The notes under the pieces are model-generated. The model was not told the origin of the DNA, did no database searches, and saw only the letters and a list, made by a program, of their open reading frames with translations. Of a stretch of DNA of 35,883 nt, positions 9,085 through 18,421 are shown one piece after another (within the stretch, counting starts at the first letter, position 1; each line of letters begins with the position of its first letter). The DNA comes from a virus (Duplodnaviria > Caudoviricetes): IMG/VR virus record IMGVR_UViG_3300020045_004878, positions 1 through 35,883 of that record. One strand, 5' to 3'. The translations under genes and the position numbers were made by a program.

Positions 9085-9431
9085 GCGTAGCGGTCAAAGC
9101 CGGGCGATTGCGAAGTACTGTGCGTGTGCAGCGTGCGAGCGAAGTGCGGGGCGAGTCTGGCATGGTGACGTTTACTTGGTCGGATTTGGCTCCGGTGTGG
9201 CGGGCGTCGATTGAGCCGATGACGCTCCGTAACCAAGAGCGGCTTGTGGGCAATCAAAAGCTACAAGAAATCACGCACGTTGTAACGATTCGATATTTGC
9301 GTGGCTTGCTGGCGAAGGACCGCATTGTGTGGAATGACCGCGGCGTGGACCGAACTTTGGAGATTCAATCCATTGCTGACATTCTCGAAAATCATTGGAT
9401 GCAGGAATTGCTTTGTAAGGAGGTAGCCTAA
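9081..9431 (+). CDS. Head closure protein (SPP1 gp16-like)
   Basis: AGRLRSTVRVQ, VWRASIEP, THVVTIRY, DRIVW, LLCKE; ATGA overlap with the connector gene. Confidence 0.85.
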   Translation: MSVAVKAGRLRSTVRVQRASEVRGESGMVTFTWSDLAPVWRASIEPMTLRNQERLVGNQKLQEITHVVTIRYLRGLLAKDRIVWNDRGVDRTLEIQSIADILENHWMQELLCKEVA

Positions 9432-9937
9432 TGGCACTCACGCAATGCGAGTTTGATTTTAAGTTGAAGGTGACGGAAACGATTGCGCTCGGCCTCGACG
9501 CCGTGACCGATCAGCCGTTCGTTGAACAGATCAACGCGACGGCCTCGACGGGGACGAAAACGCCGTCTACTACGGTCCCATGCACTCAGCGGTGGGCCGA
9601 CCTTGTATCGTTGGCAGCGGGAACCGTCACGATTGATCTAACGAGCCTATCGAACGGCAACCTTCCCGCGAAAGACTTCACGGGCCTGACGGTGCAGTTC
9701 ATCAAGGTCCACAATCCGTCCACCAATGCCAACAACATCACGGTAGCGGATCATGGCACAACTGGCTATCTGATTTTCGGAGATACGAGCGGTCAGATCA
9801 CCATTCCGCCCGGCATGATGATGATGTTCGGAGCGGCGGAAACCGAAGGTTTGGCGGCGGTAAGCGGAACGGTCAAGCAGATATTGGTTACCGGCACCGG
9901 CACTCAGTCATTCTACATTCAGATTGTGGCGGGATAG
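9431..9937 (+). CDS. Hypothetical virion structural protein
   Basis: Beta-rich, Thr/Gly-rich ORF coupled (TAATG) within the head-tail block; SD aaggagg. Confidence 0.65.
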   Translation: MALTQCEFDFKLKVTETIALGLDAVTDQPFVEQINATASTGTKTPSTTVPCTQRWADLVSLAAGTVTIDLTSLSNGNLPAKDFTGLTVQFIKVHNPSTNANNITVADHGTTGYLIFGDTSGQITIPPGMMMMFGAAETEGLAAVSGTVKQILVTGTGTQSFYIQIVAG

Positions 9938-9939
9938 CG

Positions 9940-10437
9940 ATGGCTGGTTCGATTGGTGCAATTTCGTTATCTGGCGATAAGCAGCTTCAGCGTAAGCTCC
10001 AGCGAATCAGTGACTATGTTGAAACGAAGCTCTCGCGCGATGCGCTCAAACAAGCCGCCGCTCCAATTATCAAGGCAGCGAAAGCGAACATTGCGACCAA
10101 AGGAGCGTCACGCAAACGCAAACGCGAATTTAACATAGGCGGAAAGCCCGTAAGTGGAACCGGCAATCTTCGCAAGTCGATTGGTTACCGGATGAAAACT
10201 TACAAAACGTCCGGCGTGCTCGTGTTGGTGCTCGGTCCGCGTTGGCCGCTTGGCGCGCATGGGCATTTAGTGGAGTTCGGCACGCAGGCGCGGTTCACCG
10301 CAGATGGAGTATTTAGGGGAATTGGCCCGGCGAAACCGTTTTTGCGGCCAGCATGGGACGCCAACATCGGACAGGCGAAGCGGATTATACAGAGCGTCGC
10401 ACGGCTTGGGATATTAAAACAGGGGGCGGGCGGGTGA
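9940..10437 (+). CDS. HK97 gp10-like tail completion protein
   Basis: TGNLRKSI, HLVEFGT, AKPFLRPAWD. Confidence 0.88.
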   Translation: MAGSIGAISLSGDKQLQRKLQRISDYVETKLSRDALKQAAAPIIKAAKANIATKGASRKRKREFNIGGKPVSGTGNLRKSIGYRMKTYKTSGVLVLVLGPRWPLGAHGHLVEFGTQARFTADGVFRGIGPAKPFLRPAWDANIGQAKRIIQSVARLGILKQGAGG

Positions 10438-10868
10438 TTGACGCGGCTCTATATGAACTGCTTTCCGCTGATACGGCAGTGGCGGCTATTGTGGGAACAA
10501 GGATTTACCCGCTGGTCGCACCGCAGCGCGGGCAGCGTACATTTCCGCAAACCGCACTGACTCATGTTACCTACCAGCGAATCAGCGGCGTGCGAGAAAT
10601 GCCGCTCAACGGCCCGAATGGTTTTGTTGTTGCCCGCTATCAAATCAATGCGTTCGGCTACAATTTCGAGGTAACGGATTTGCTGGCCGATTCCATTCGC
10701 TTGCGGCTTGATGGTTATCGCGGTGATGCAGGCGGGCATCGGATACAGCGCGTTTGGCTCGACAGCGACAGTCAGAATTACGAGTACGAAACGGACGCCG
10801 CAGAGACGGCGGTTTTTCAGGTGATCCAGGATTACCGCATAGCGTATGCGGAATCTGTAGCGGCTTAG
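10434..10868 (+). CDS. Tail terminator (DUF3168/gp17-like)
   Basis: ALYELL, VGTRIYPLVAPQ, VTYQRIS, RYQINAF; GTGA overlap with the upstream gene. Confidence 0.8.
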   Translation: MIDAALYELLSADTAVAAIVGTRIYPLVAPQRGQRTFPQTALTHVTYQRISGVREMPLNGPNGFVVARYQINAFGYNFEVTDLLADSIRLRLDGYRGDAGGHRIQRVWLDSDSQNYEYETDAAETAVFQVIQDYRIAYAESVAA

Positions 10869-10877
10869 GAGATTAAG

Positions 10878-11372
10878 ATGGTAAACACACGGCCAAGAAT
10901 CGGCGGAAGCGGCGCACTGCTGAAGATGAGTGCGGTTATCGGTACGTCGGTCGATACCGCCGTATCGAACTACACAACGGTCGGAGAGGTCTTGACGATC
11001 ACGCCGAACCTCGAATGTGCGGAGGTTGATGTTACGAGCCTCAACAGCGGAGTAGTGCGAGAGTTTATTCCCGGCCACTTGTCGGCCGCACTGTCGGCGT
11101 CGTTGAACTTGCATCAAGCGGTAGCGACCACAACCCACGACTCCCTTGATTTGTTGGACGTGTATCAAGGGCGTCAGCATCGGGGCTGGGCGATCGTGAT
11201 TCCGTTGCAAGATTCGTCGCAAGTAACGGAGACGGGCGAAACGCAAAGCTGGATTTTCCCCGGCTTCATCACCAGCTATGCCGCTAACATCGACAACGGC
11301 GATACCGCGATGACGTGCGACTTGGGGATTCGTGTTTCGGATAGCACGATCGTTGACGGAACGCCTGCATAG
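10878..11372 (+). CDS. Tail tube (major tail) protein
   Basis: EVDVTSLNS..REFIPG, FPGFITSY; lies before the chaperone and TMP; SD aggag. Confidence 0.75.
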   Translation: MVNTRPRIGGSGALLKMSAVIGTSVDTAVSNYTTVGEVLTITPNLECAEVDVTSLNSGVVREFIPGHLSAALSASLNLHQAVATTTHDSLDLLDVYQGRQHRGWAIVIPLQDSSQVTETGETQSWIFPGFITSYAANIDNGDTAMTCDLGIRVSDSTIVDGTPA

Positions 11373-11377
11373 GAGAC

Positions 11378-11770
11378 ATGATGGGTTTTTTACGTGAGAT
11401 AGTGGCGGTTGAGAAGAAATCGGTCGTTCGATATGAAGTTCCCGAATGGGGTCGGGTGATTTATTTGCGAGGAATCGGACTTGGGCAGCGGACTACTATC
11501 GCCAACGAAGCCAACAGCCTTAACGGGGCATCGGAAGCGACCAAGAATGATCTAGTAACCCGTCGCATGGTGTTCTATGGCGTATGCACCGAAGCGGGCG
11601 AGCAAGCATTCGCAGAAGAAGAGTTCAATGAACTTGGTCTGATTGATGCGAGTGTGCTGGACCGTATTGCCCTGAAGGTGAGTTCGCTTAGCAGGCTCGG
11701 TGCTGACGATGTTAAGGAACTGGAAAAAAACTTCGGAGCGACCCAGACCGCCGGTTCCGCTTCAAGTTAG
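11378..11770 (+). CDS. Tail assembly chaperone (lambda gpG-like)
   Basis: VPEWG, ends near LEKN with a slippery site; between tail tube and TMP. Confidence 0.85.
   Translation: MMGFLREIVAVEKKSVVRYEVPEWGRVIYLRGIGLGQRTTIANEANSLNGASEATKNDLVTRRMVFYGVCTEAGEQAFAEEEFNELGLIDASVLDRIALKVSSLSRLGADDVKELEKNFGATQTAGSASS
11725..11731 (+). promoter_or_regulatory. Programmed -1 ribosomal frameshift site A AAA AAC
   Basis: -1 shift gives EKKLRSDPDRRFRFKLALALGRTIGEL, continuing into the 11773-12069 ORF. Confidence 0.85.
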
Positions 11771-12069
11771 CGTTGGCTCTGGGTCGAACGATTGGTGAAT
11801 TGGAAGCCGCGCTATCGTCGGCGGAGTACGCGGAATGGCAAGCCTACTATCAAATCGACCCGTTCGACGATCAGCGGGCGGATTTGCGGTTTGCTATGCT
11901 GGCCTCGATGGTAGCGGCGATCGGCGGCGTCAAGCGCCCGAAGTTCAAGGACTACATGCTGTTTCCCGAACGGTCGGAGCAGAAGGTGCAGACAAGCTCG
12001 CAGATTTTGGAAGTGGCTCGCAAAGTAACAGGGTGGTTTCGTGGCAACGATAGGAACGCTAAACGCTAA
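11731..12069 (+). CDS. Tail assembly chaperone C-terminal extension (gpT part of the G-T fusion)
   Basis: LALGRTIGEL..SSAEYAEWQAYYQIDPF..RADLR; no convincing own start; lies in the -1 frame of the chaperone. Confidence 0.82.
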   Translation, partial: LRSDPDRRFRFKLALALGRTIGELEAALSSAEYAEWQAYYQIDPFDDQRADLRFAMLASMVAAIGGVKRPKFKDYMLFPERSEQKVQTSSQILEVARKVTGWFRGNDRNAKR

Positions 12070-13510
12070 GCTAACGCTCCAAAATGCTTCGTTCACGCGA
12101 GGCATAAAGGGCGCGATTGCGCAAACCGTCACATTGCGAGCTGCAATGGTTCGGACCGCCGTTGGCGTACGCGGCTTGGCAGGCGCGATTCTTGGACTCG
12201 CGGGAATCGGCGGCTTGGCGCATCTCACCAAGGAAGGATTAAAGGCCGGTTCGGAATTGCAGGACTTGTCATATCGGCTCGGCGTGAGCGCGAACGGCTT
12301 CGAGGCGATGCGGCGCAGTGCCGAAAATGCTGGCGTCGATGTTGCGGGCCTGACCAATTCGCTGACGCGATTGCAAATCTCGCTCGTTAATGCCGCGGAA
12401 GGGGACAAGGAGGCGGCACTAGGCTTTCGGATGCTTGGCCTGGACGCCAAGGCTCTTATCCGGCTATCGCCCGAAGATCAATTGAAGGCGGTTGCTGATG
12501 GCTTCCAAGCAATCGGCAACGCCGCCTTGCGGTTACGTGCCAGCAAAGCCCTGTTCGGCAAGGGCGGCGCGGGAATGATTCCGTTCCTCGTGGAAGGCTC
12601 GGATGGTCTGCGGGAATCCGAAGCTCGCATCAGAGGCATTGGATTGGCCCTCACATCTCTTGACGTGACTCGCCTCGACGTTGCGGGCGATACGATGAGC
12701 GACATTGGAAGGGTCGTCAAAGCCCTTGGCCGTCAAATGGCCTTATCGCTGTCGCCTAGTCTTGGTGTAATGTCTGAGCGTTTTGTTCGATTTGCAGAGT
12801 CCGGCAAGCTCGCCGGAACGGTTGTATCGCACGCGATGCACGGCGTTAGGACAGCGATGCTGAGCGTTGCTGGCATAGCGGATCGGATTGCTGTAGCGAT
12901 GCTGAACGTGGGGGCCGCCGCGGACGTTATGAAAATAGCGTCTAGCCAAGCTGCGGGCTTCGTCTCCAAAACGGTTGGCATGATGCAGCTTGGACGAGTC
13001 TTGTTAAGCGAGAAAGTGAAGCAGTCTGGTTTTCCAAAGCTTGGTGCGGTCCTTGGAATTGGAGCTTCATTGCCAACTGGCGACGGGGGCGAAAGAGAAA
13101 AGTATCAAAACGATTTGCGCGAGCGCATCGCCGCAATGCGCGATGAAATCTCGCGGATCAATGAGGGTGGGCCACAAAGCAGCCTCGGCAAGCTGTACGA
13201 CTGGCTTAAAGGAATCAACGATCAATTCGGCGATATGGTGTTGAATGCCGCGAAGTTGAGGGCCAAGATTGGGTCTGGCACCGGCTTTGATGTTGACGAT
13301 CTGCTTGATGGGTCCAAAAGAGCCAGGGATCACGACCGAATCGGTGGTGGGCTTCGCACCGCTAAGGAGCTTGGGATCGTGGATGCCGCGCAGCGCGGTC
13401 AAGCCGGTGGAACGGTCGGCAAAATGGCAGAGAGGCAAACCGGCCTCTTGCAAACGATTGCGGTGACGTTGGGGAGGATAGAAAAACGTAACACGGGATT
13501 GGCGGCCTGA
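12041..13510 (+). CDS. Tail tape measure protein (short, 489 aa)
   Basis: MATIGTLNAKL start; Ala/Gly-rich helical; LSPEDQL..ADG, ALFGKGG motifs; follows the G/GT chaperone. Confidence 0.85.
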   Translation: MATIGTLNAKLTLQNASFTRGIKGAIAQTVTLRAAMVRTAVGVRGLAGAILGLAGIGGLAHLTKEGLKAGSELQDLSYRLGVSANGFEAMRRSAENAGVDVAGLTNSLTRLQISLVNAAEGDKEAALGFRMLGLDAKALIRLSPEDQLKAVADGFQAIGNAALRLRASKALFGKGGAGMIPFLVEGSDGLRESEARIRGIGLALTSLDVTRLDVAGDTMSDIGRVVKALGRQMALSLSPSLGVMSERFVRFAESGKLAGTVVSHAMHGVRTAMLSVAGIADRIAVAMLNVGAAADVMKIASSQAAGFVSKTVGMMQLGRVLLSEKVKQSGFPKLGAVLGIGASLPTGDGGEREKYQNDLRERIAAMRDEISRINEGGPQSSLGKLYDWLKGINDQFGDMVLNAAKLRAKIGSGTGFDVDDLLDGSKRARDHDRIGGGLRTAKELGIVDAAQRGQAGGTVGKMAERQTGLLQTIAVTLGRIEKRNTGLAA

Positions 13511-14514
13511 TGCCTGATTTAATTGTCAAACATCGAACACAACCTGCAAACGTGTCGTTGTACAGCACGAATCCTCTGCGCTACGACGTGAATGGTGCTG
13601 TTATCACGGAGGCTCTTGATTCAGACGCAGGTAACTTGATTGCCTTGGACCGCAAGGAAGTTGTGAAGAGGTGGATTGTTCGCTGCCCGTACCTTGACGA
13701 TAAGCCGACCGTCTATCTGGCGGTGGTGTTTCCGCAAGGACAGGTCTATCAAAACCCGTTGCAACGGGCGATTAACCGAAACTCTCTCTACGATGGCCTT
13801 GTCGTCTATGGTTACGACGAAGGCGAGCGAATTGGAATAAAAGAGTGGCATTCGGTTGTCATCTATCGGTCGGCAGATGAACTTGCCACGCTTGGGTGGG
13901 TGGGCGAAGGCGAATACAGCGAAGAGCAAGAGCACGTTGCGCGTGACATAGACGGCGAGCTTATCGGCCATGCTTCCTACAAGGAGATGCCGGAAGACAC
14001 CGCAACCACTAATTACGATGCTCAGGCGGCCAGCGCCAACGGTACAACCTTGAAGCTCAAGAGCACCGGGGCGTTCAAGGTGGTTGGCATTGACCGCTAC
14101 CGGAGCATTCATCGGTTCAGCATGACCCGTGTGTTGACCGCGCTGAACTGGCGTCAGGTTCGCACAGTGGGGTCAATGGTGTGGACTGTGAATGATTCAA
14201 AGTTTCTCGATTATAAGGTTGGGGAACTGGCATTTTCTAATTTTGGATGGCGAGAGGTTTTCGGCGCGATTCCCAATGCCCCGTCAACGAATAAGCAATA
14301 CGAAGTCCGGCTGCAGTTTTCCGCTAATATCGAAAGATGGAGTCCGGTCAAGTTGTACGAAACATTCACGGACGAACATGGCTTCGAGTCTCCGGTGTAT
14401 AAAGTGGTAGGCGGTGCCGCGGAATCCGAACCCCTCTCTATCGAGCGCAAACCGTATCGGGCCACTTCGTTTTCTACGATTTTCAATACCCTTAACACGA
14501 CGGCACCAGCATGA
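13510..14514 (+). CDS. Putative distal tail/tail tip protein
   Basis: Directly after TMP with TGATG coupling; no family recognised. Confidence 0.55.
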   Translation: MPDLIVKHRTQPANVSLYSTNPLRYDVNGAVITEALDSDAGNLIALDRKEVVKRWIVRCPYLDDKPTVYLAVVFPQGQVYQNPLQRAINRNSLYDGLVVYGYDEGERIGIKEWHSVVIYRSADELATLGWVGEGEYSEEQEHVARDIDGELIGHASYKEMPEDTATTNYDAQAASANGTTLKLKSTGAFKVVGIDRYRSIHRFSMTRVLTALNWRQVRTVGSMVWTVNDSKFLDYKVGELAFSNFGWREVFGAIPNAPSTNKQYEVRLQFSANIERWSPVKLYETFTDEHGFESPVYKVVGGAAESEPLSIERKPYRATSFSTIFNTLNTTAPA

Positions 14515-15278
14515 CACGCGGACCATTGCCACGATTCAGTGCACGCGGAGGGCTGAGTGGCATTAGCGCGTCGGCGATGAACCGGTTAGTTGATGTTCTC
14601 GAAAATGCGGAGCGTCGGCTGGTCGAGGTTGAACGTCGCACACTATCGAGCGGTGATTTTGAACGAGATACGCCGCGTCCAAAAATGGTTGCCGTAACTA
14701 AGCCGCCGGTAGAAGGTGACGCAATGCTGGCCGTGCGGGCGGCGGGCTACGCAACTATCCCTCCGAAAAAATGCGAAGGCGATCCACGGCAGTGTTATTA
14801 CGAATGGCTTGGTGCTAACTTCGACGCCTATCCGTCGCTCGGTAGCGATGTTATGGACTATGAGGGCAAAGCGTTTGCAAGCGGTCAGCCTCCCGCCTTC
14901 GATACCGTGTTCTATCGTTGCCAATTTCAGAATGGTGTATGGGTTCTGGATCGTCCGGGCGGGGAGGGCGGGGGGGGCATTACTCCTGCTCGCGTCTTAC
15001 CGACACCCGGAACCGGCAATAGAACGATTGCGGTACAGCCGGTCAAGCGAATCGTGCCGCCGCCATCGAACCCGGCCTCTGCGGTTTGGACTAACGACGG
15101 CCCTCCAATTGACGCGGTTGCCCTGTGGGGCGAGCAACGCGGGGAAGATTTTCAGACAGTTGTGAACGATATTATCCCGCTCATTGAAATTGCCGGTGAA
15201 AAATACGCAATGCAGTACTTTTGGTTCTACACCAAGACGGTCAACTCCGCGATTCCGAGAGGAGATTGCGGGCTATGA
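14511..15278 (+). CDS. Putative tail protein
   Basis: ATGA coupling; N-term ISASAMNRLVD; position in the tail block. Confidence 0.55.
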   Translation: MTRGPLPRFSARGGLSGISASAMNRLVDVLENAERRLVEVERRTLSSGDFERDTPRPKMVAVTKPPVEGDAMLAVRAAGYATIPPKKCEGDPRQCYYEWLGANFDAYPSLGSDVMDYEGKAFASGQPPAFDTVFYRCQFQNGVWVLDRPGGEGGGGITPARVLPTPGTGNRTIAVQPVKRIVPPPSNPASAVWTNDGPPIDAVALWGEQRGEDFQTVVNDIIPLIEIAGEKYAMQYFWFYTKTVNSAIPRGDCGL

Positions 15279-16249
15279 CTTCTTTTTGTAATGCTACATA
15301 CGAAGATGATCCAGGATGCATGTGTGCGTGCTATACCTGCTTTAACGAAGCTCCCGAATATCCGGTCGGTGCGCCTGATTGGCCCGGTCCAAATTATTTG
15401 GCTATTCCGATAAATCTCGGAGCGAACACATGTCCTGGCAGCGGCACTTGGGAATGCGATTGCGGTCATCCGCAATGGGGATTCCATTCGGCCCTGCCCG
15501 GTCGGGGCTGGAATGTTAATTATCTTGCAATAGGGCCGAAATTAGGCCGGTGCTGTGGATATGATCCTGCTACGGGGTCGTTATTATGGAGCTGGAAGCA
15601 GACTGAATATTGCTGTAACAATTTCGGTCAGCCGCCACTCCCGGATTGCACTGGCACACCGCGCCCAATTCTGTCGCCAATCCCTATTACGAGTTGGAAT
15701 CCCGATCCCAATGCGTCTTGCAGCGGATTGCCAAGTTGCTGTGGGTGTGACTGGTGTTGCGATCGAGTTAGCAGCGGCGATTGTACGACGAAGCGTATTT
15801 ATTCGTGGGAAAACCTTCCTGCCCCTAAGACCACGCCTTGCAGTGGCAACTCCTGTTCTGACGGGCCTCATAGACCCGATTGCCGTCGTGCGGAGTTTGC
15901 TCTCGGCAAACGACCGGCGGCGCATGAACCACCCGAGCGCGGCGGTACGGATCACATAGGCAAGCATGAGATGCACAGCGCGAATAGGATTCGGGCGATG
16001 GATCGCGCGCCCGGCACTGAAGAATGTAGAACCTATTACGGTCACGTTGCCAACGGCGCACCGCTTTCGCCGACGACACGAAAGGTTGGGTGGCTGTGCG
16101 GACACGCCAATAGAAGAGACACGGCGACTGGTGCTCTAAATGGGAAAACGGCCCATCGCTGCTATCCTAACAAGCGGCCCGATGGCCGCCATTCGTTCGA
16201 GTGTGCGTACCGTCCTTCTTGCCCGGAGAAACCGAGCGTATGTCTATGA
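15275..16249 (+). CDS. Cysteine-rich putative tail protein
   Basis: ATGA coupling at 15275; about 29 Cys in 324 aa including several CC pairs. Confidence 0.6.
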   Translation: MTSFCNATYEDDPGCMCACYTCFNEAPEYPVGAPDWPGPNYLAIPINLGANTCPGSGTWECDCGHPQWGFHSALPGRGWNVNYLAIGPKLGRCCGYDPATGSLLWSWKQTEYCCNNFGQPPLPDCTGTPRPILSPIPITSWNPDPNASCSGLPSCCGCDWCCDRVSSGDCTTKRIYSWENLPAPKTTPCSGNSCSDGPHRPDCRRAEFALGKRPAAHEPPERGGTDHIGKHEMHSANRIRAMDRAPGTEECRTYYGHVANGAPLSPTTRKVGWLCGHANRRDTATGALNGKTAHRCYPNKRPDGRHSFECAYRPSCPEKPSVCL

Positions 16250-16869
16250 GAACTAGCAGAATGGCCCAACAGCTTGCCGAGGAGGATGCAAAGCGACCGC
16301 CGCCGGTCGAGAGCGAGAATGGTCAGAGCCACGCGCCCCCCGAACAGCCAAGCGGCCCGCGATACGACATTCATCGTCCGTGGTATTCGCGGTTTGCGGG
16401 CAAGGGTTGCCAACGCTGCGGTAGCAATCAACCCCGTGGATGGATTCAGAGACAGATAGAAACGCCGTATCGCGTAAAGCGGCTGGCTTTGTGGTTGGTC
16501 GATTTACTGCCCCGTGGATGTACGTTTCTTGCCACGGTAACAAGTCGGCGCGTACAATCGGATCAGTACGTTGAGCGACAGGCGCAGTGTGGGACTTGCC
16601 CCGCCGCCGTGATCGAGCTTCGCGTACGTGGAGATTCGATTCGTGAAACGTCCTACTGTTCGGCCTGCGCTTGTGGCAGGTGGTATCTGTCGAGAAACAA
16701 GGTTCGTAATTGGCGGTCTAAATGGCGTTGTCCTTTACGTCGCCATTCATGCAGTGATATGGACGCTCGGTATCACGAATATCTACGCACAAAATCCGAA
16801 GCCGCCGCGCGAACCGCAGAGAATGGAATGGCACACATGGCCGACGGAAACGGAAGAGGAGAATCCTGA
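16240..16869 (+). CDS. Cys-rich hypothetical protein (several CxxC motifs)
   Basis: CQRC, RQAQCGTCP, YCSACACG, WRCP; start at 16240 or 16246. Confidence 0.6.
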   Translation: MSMRTSRMAQQLAEEDAKRPPPVESENGQSHAPPEQPSGPRYDIHRPWYSRFAGKGCQRCGSNQPRGWIQRQIETPYRVKRLALWLVDLLPRGCTFLATVTSRRVQSDQYVERQAQCGTCPAAVIELRVRGDSIRETSYCSACACGRWYLSRNKVRNWRSKWRCPLRRHSCSDMDARYHEYLRTKSEAAARTAENGMAHMADGNGRGES

Positions 16870-16870
16870 G

Positions 16871-17713
16871 ATGGCTGGACCGCATACATGGATTAAAACT
16901 GTTCCCTCGCCGTGGGAAGCGGCTTCGTTCAACACCGGTCTTTTGCCGGGAAGCAACGAGGAGGTGTATTTTGATGGCACCGCGAATGGAGACGTGGTTT
17001 CTGGACTTAACCAAACGGCAGTAGACTTAGACAAATTACACATTAAGGCGGAATACAGTGGGACGATCGGCGCGCACGGCAACCCGCTTATCATTTCAGC
17101 CGATACCGTGATCCATGAAGGCACCGGGACGCTGTATTACCAGGACGGTGGCGGCCAGACGGATGTCATATTGATACGTTCAACGAATCTAATTGATGCT
17201 GCGTGGCTGAATGGAGCGACGTTTGACCGTGTGCGCATCATTGGCGGCAAAGTATCATTCGGGTCTACCTTTACATGTCAGACTCGAATGGAAATTGGAG
17301 ACGGCACAGCCGGGTATACGGCGATTGTTGATGCCGAGAATGGGCCTGGCGCTGATGTTCCAGAGTTCCGCATGATTAGCGGATTCCTGAGTGGACAAGG
17401 CGCATACCATCTACTTACGCCGGGCGTTGGAGGCTATGCGTTCATGTCTGGCGGTACGGTTATTCTTGACGCTGGGGCACCGGCGTACCTTGGCGGCGTT
17501 TTTGTTATGACCGGAGGATATTTAGAGTGGGCGAATTATGGTTCACCGGGTTCCGTTGTACAAGCTACTCAGGTTGAACTATACGGAGGCACTATTGATG
17601 CCCGCAAGGGGAACTTGAAGCAAATCTTAACGCTCTATAAATCACAAAACGCGGAGTTGTTGTACACAGGCACTAGCTTAACGATCACTACGACGCACCC
17701 CATGGAACCATGA
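16871..17713 (+). CDS. Beta-helix-like putative tail appendage protein, paralog A
   Basis: ATG at 16871 with SD gaggag; Gly/Thr-rich; aligns by eye with 18422-19249 (ISAD.V...G.TG.L...DGGG.TD; YGG.ID). Confidence 0.65.
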   Translation: MAGPHTWIKTVPSPWEAASFNTGLLPGSNEEVYFDGTANGDVVSGLNQTAVDLDKLHIKAEYSGTIGAHGNPLIISADTVIHEGTGTLYYQDGGGQTDVILIRSTNLIDAAWLNGATFDRVRIIGGKVSFGSTFTCQTRMEIGDGTAGYTAIVDAENGPGADVPEFRMISGFLSGQGAYHLLTPGVGGYAFMSGGTVILDAGAPAYLGGVFVMTGGYLEWANYGSPGSVVQATQVELYGGTIDARKGNLKQILTLYKSQNAELLYTGTSLTITTTHPMEP

Positions 17714-17759
17714 TGATTTTGGGCGGGACTTTACCGTAAGGAGTTGAGCAATGGCTGTA

Positions 17760-18293
17760 TCAGCAATGCTTCCAGGTGCGTCGATTGATGATGCGGCAAG
17801 CCGTGGTAGCGGAAATGCCGTATTGGCGAGCAAGAAAAGCCTTGGCGTATTTTCCAGTCGTATACCGCTTACGCATGGCAATAACCTTTGCTTCCGTCAA
17901 ATGCGTTACGCTGCTGTTGCTTCCCGTATTGTTGAAAGTGCCAAACTCCATAGCGTGGCGAATGTTTTCTTTGTGGGTCACGTATTCGAGATTGCTAGCG
18001 TGATTGTCCGAGCGATTGTTGTTTATGTGATTAATCTCTTTGCCGGGCGGGCGTGGGCCGATGAACGCTGCGGCAACAAGGCTGTGAACCGAAAAATGAT
18101 TTTTCTTGCGATGGTCGTTATGAAGTGTTACGAAGTGATATCCGAGCCAGTTGATAAAGCCCTTCAGTATGTATCCGGTGCGAACGTATTGGCTGACGGC
18201 GTCACTACGAACACGCCCGCGATTCGACACCGAGTACCTTTTTTCGTAACCCTTGATCGGTTTCCATGTTTCGTTTATCGTTGCTTCAGGCAT
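17760..18293 (-). CDS. NUMOD4-HNH homing endonuclease
   Basis: ETWKPIKGYE..YSVSNRGRVRS (NUMOD4); VHSLVAAAFIG..INHINNNRSDNHASNLEYVTHKENIRH (HNH); C-terminal HTH. Confidence 0.92.
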   Translation of the reverse strand: MPEATINETWKPIKGYEKRYSVSNRGRVRSDAVSQYVRTGYILKGFINWLGYHFVTLHNDHRKKNHFSVHSLVAAAFIGPRPPGKEINHINNNRSDNHASNLEYVTHKENIRHAMEFGTFNNTGSNSSVTHLTEAKVIAMRKRYTTGKYAKAFLARQYGISATTACRIINRRTWKHC

Positions 18294-18358
18294 AGCGGAC
18301 TCCTTTACAGTTCGCTTTGTTCAGGGCCGCGCGGTGCTTCAACACCACGTCGGCCCGC

Positions 18359-18386
18359 ATTGTATCAGTCAGGCAAGCCGCGTCAA
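18359..18386 (-). promoter_or_regulatory. Sigma70-type promoter of the HNH gene
   Basis: Minus strand TTGACG, 16 nt, TACAAT with an extended-10 TG; followed by a leader hairpin (about 18324-18356) and an imperfect hairpin over the SD. Confidence 0.6.
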
Positions 18387-18421
18387 CGGCCTGTCGGCTG
18401 TGTCAGAAAGTAAGGTGACTT

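Noticed and set aside
16628-16870. N-terminal extension of the 361-aa ORF in the track
   Set aside because: Overlaps the upstream gene; ATG 16871 has an SD and matches the start of the paralog
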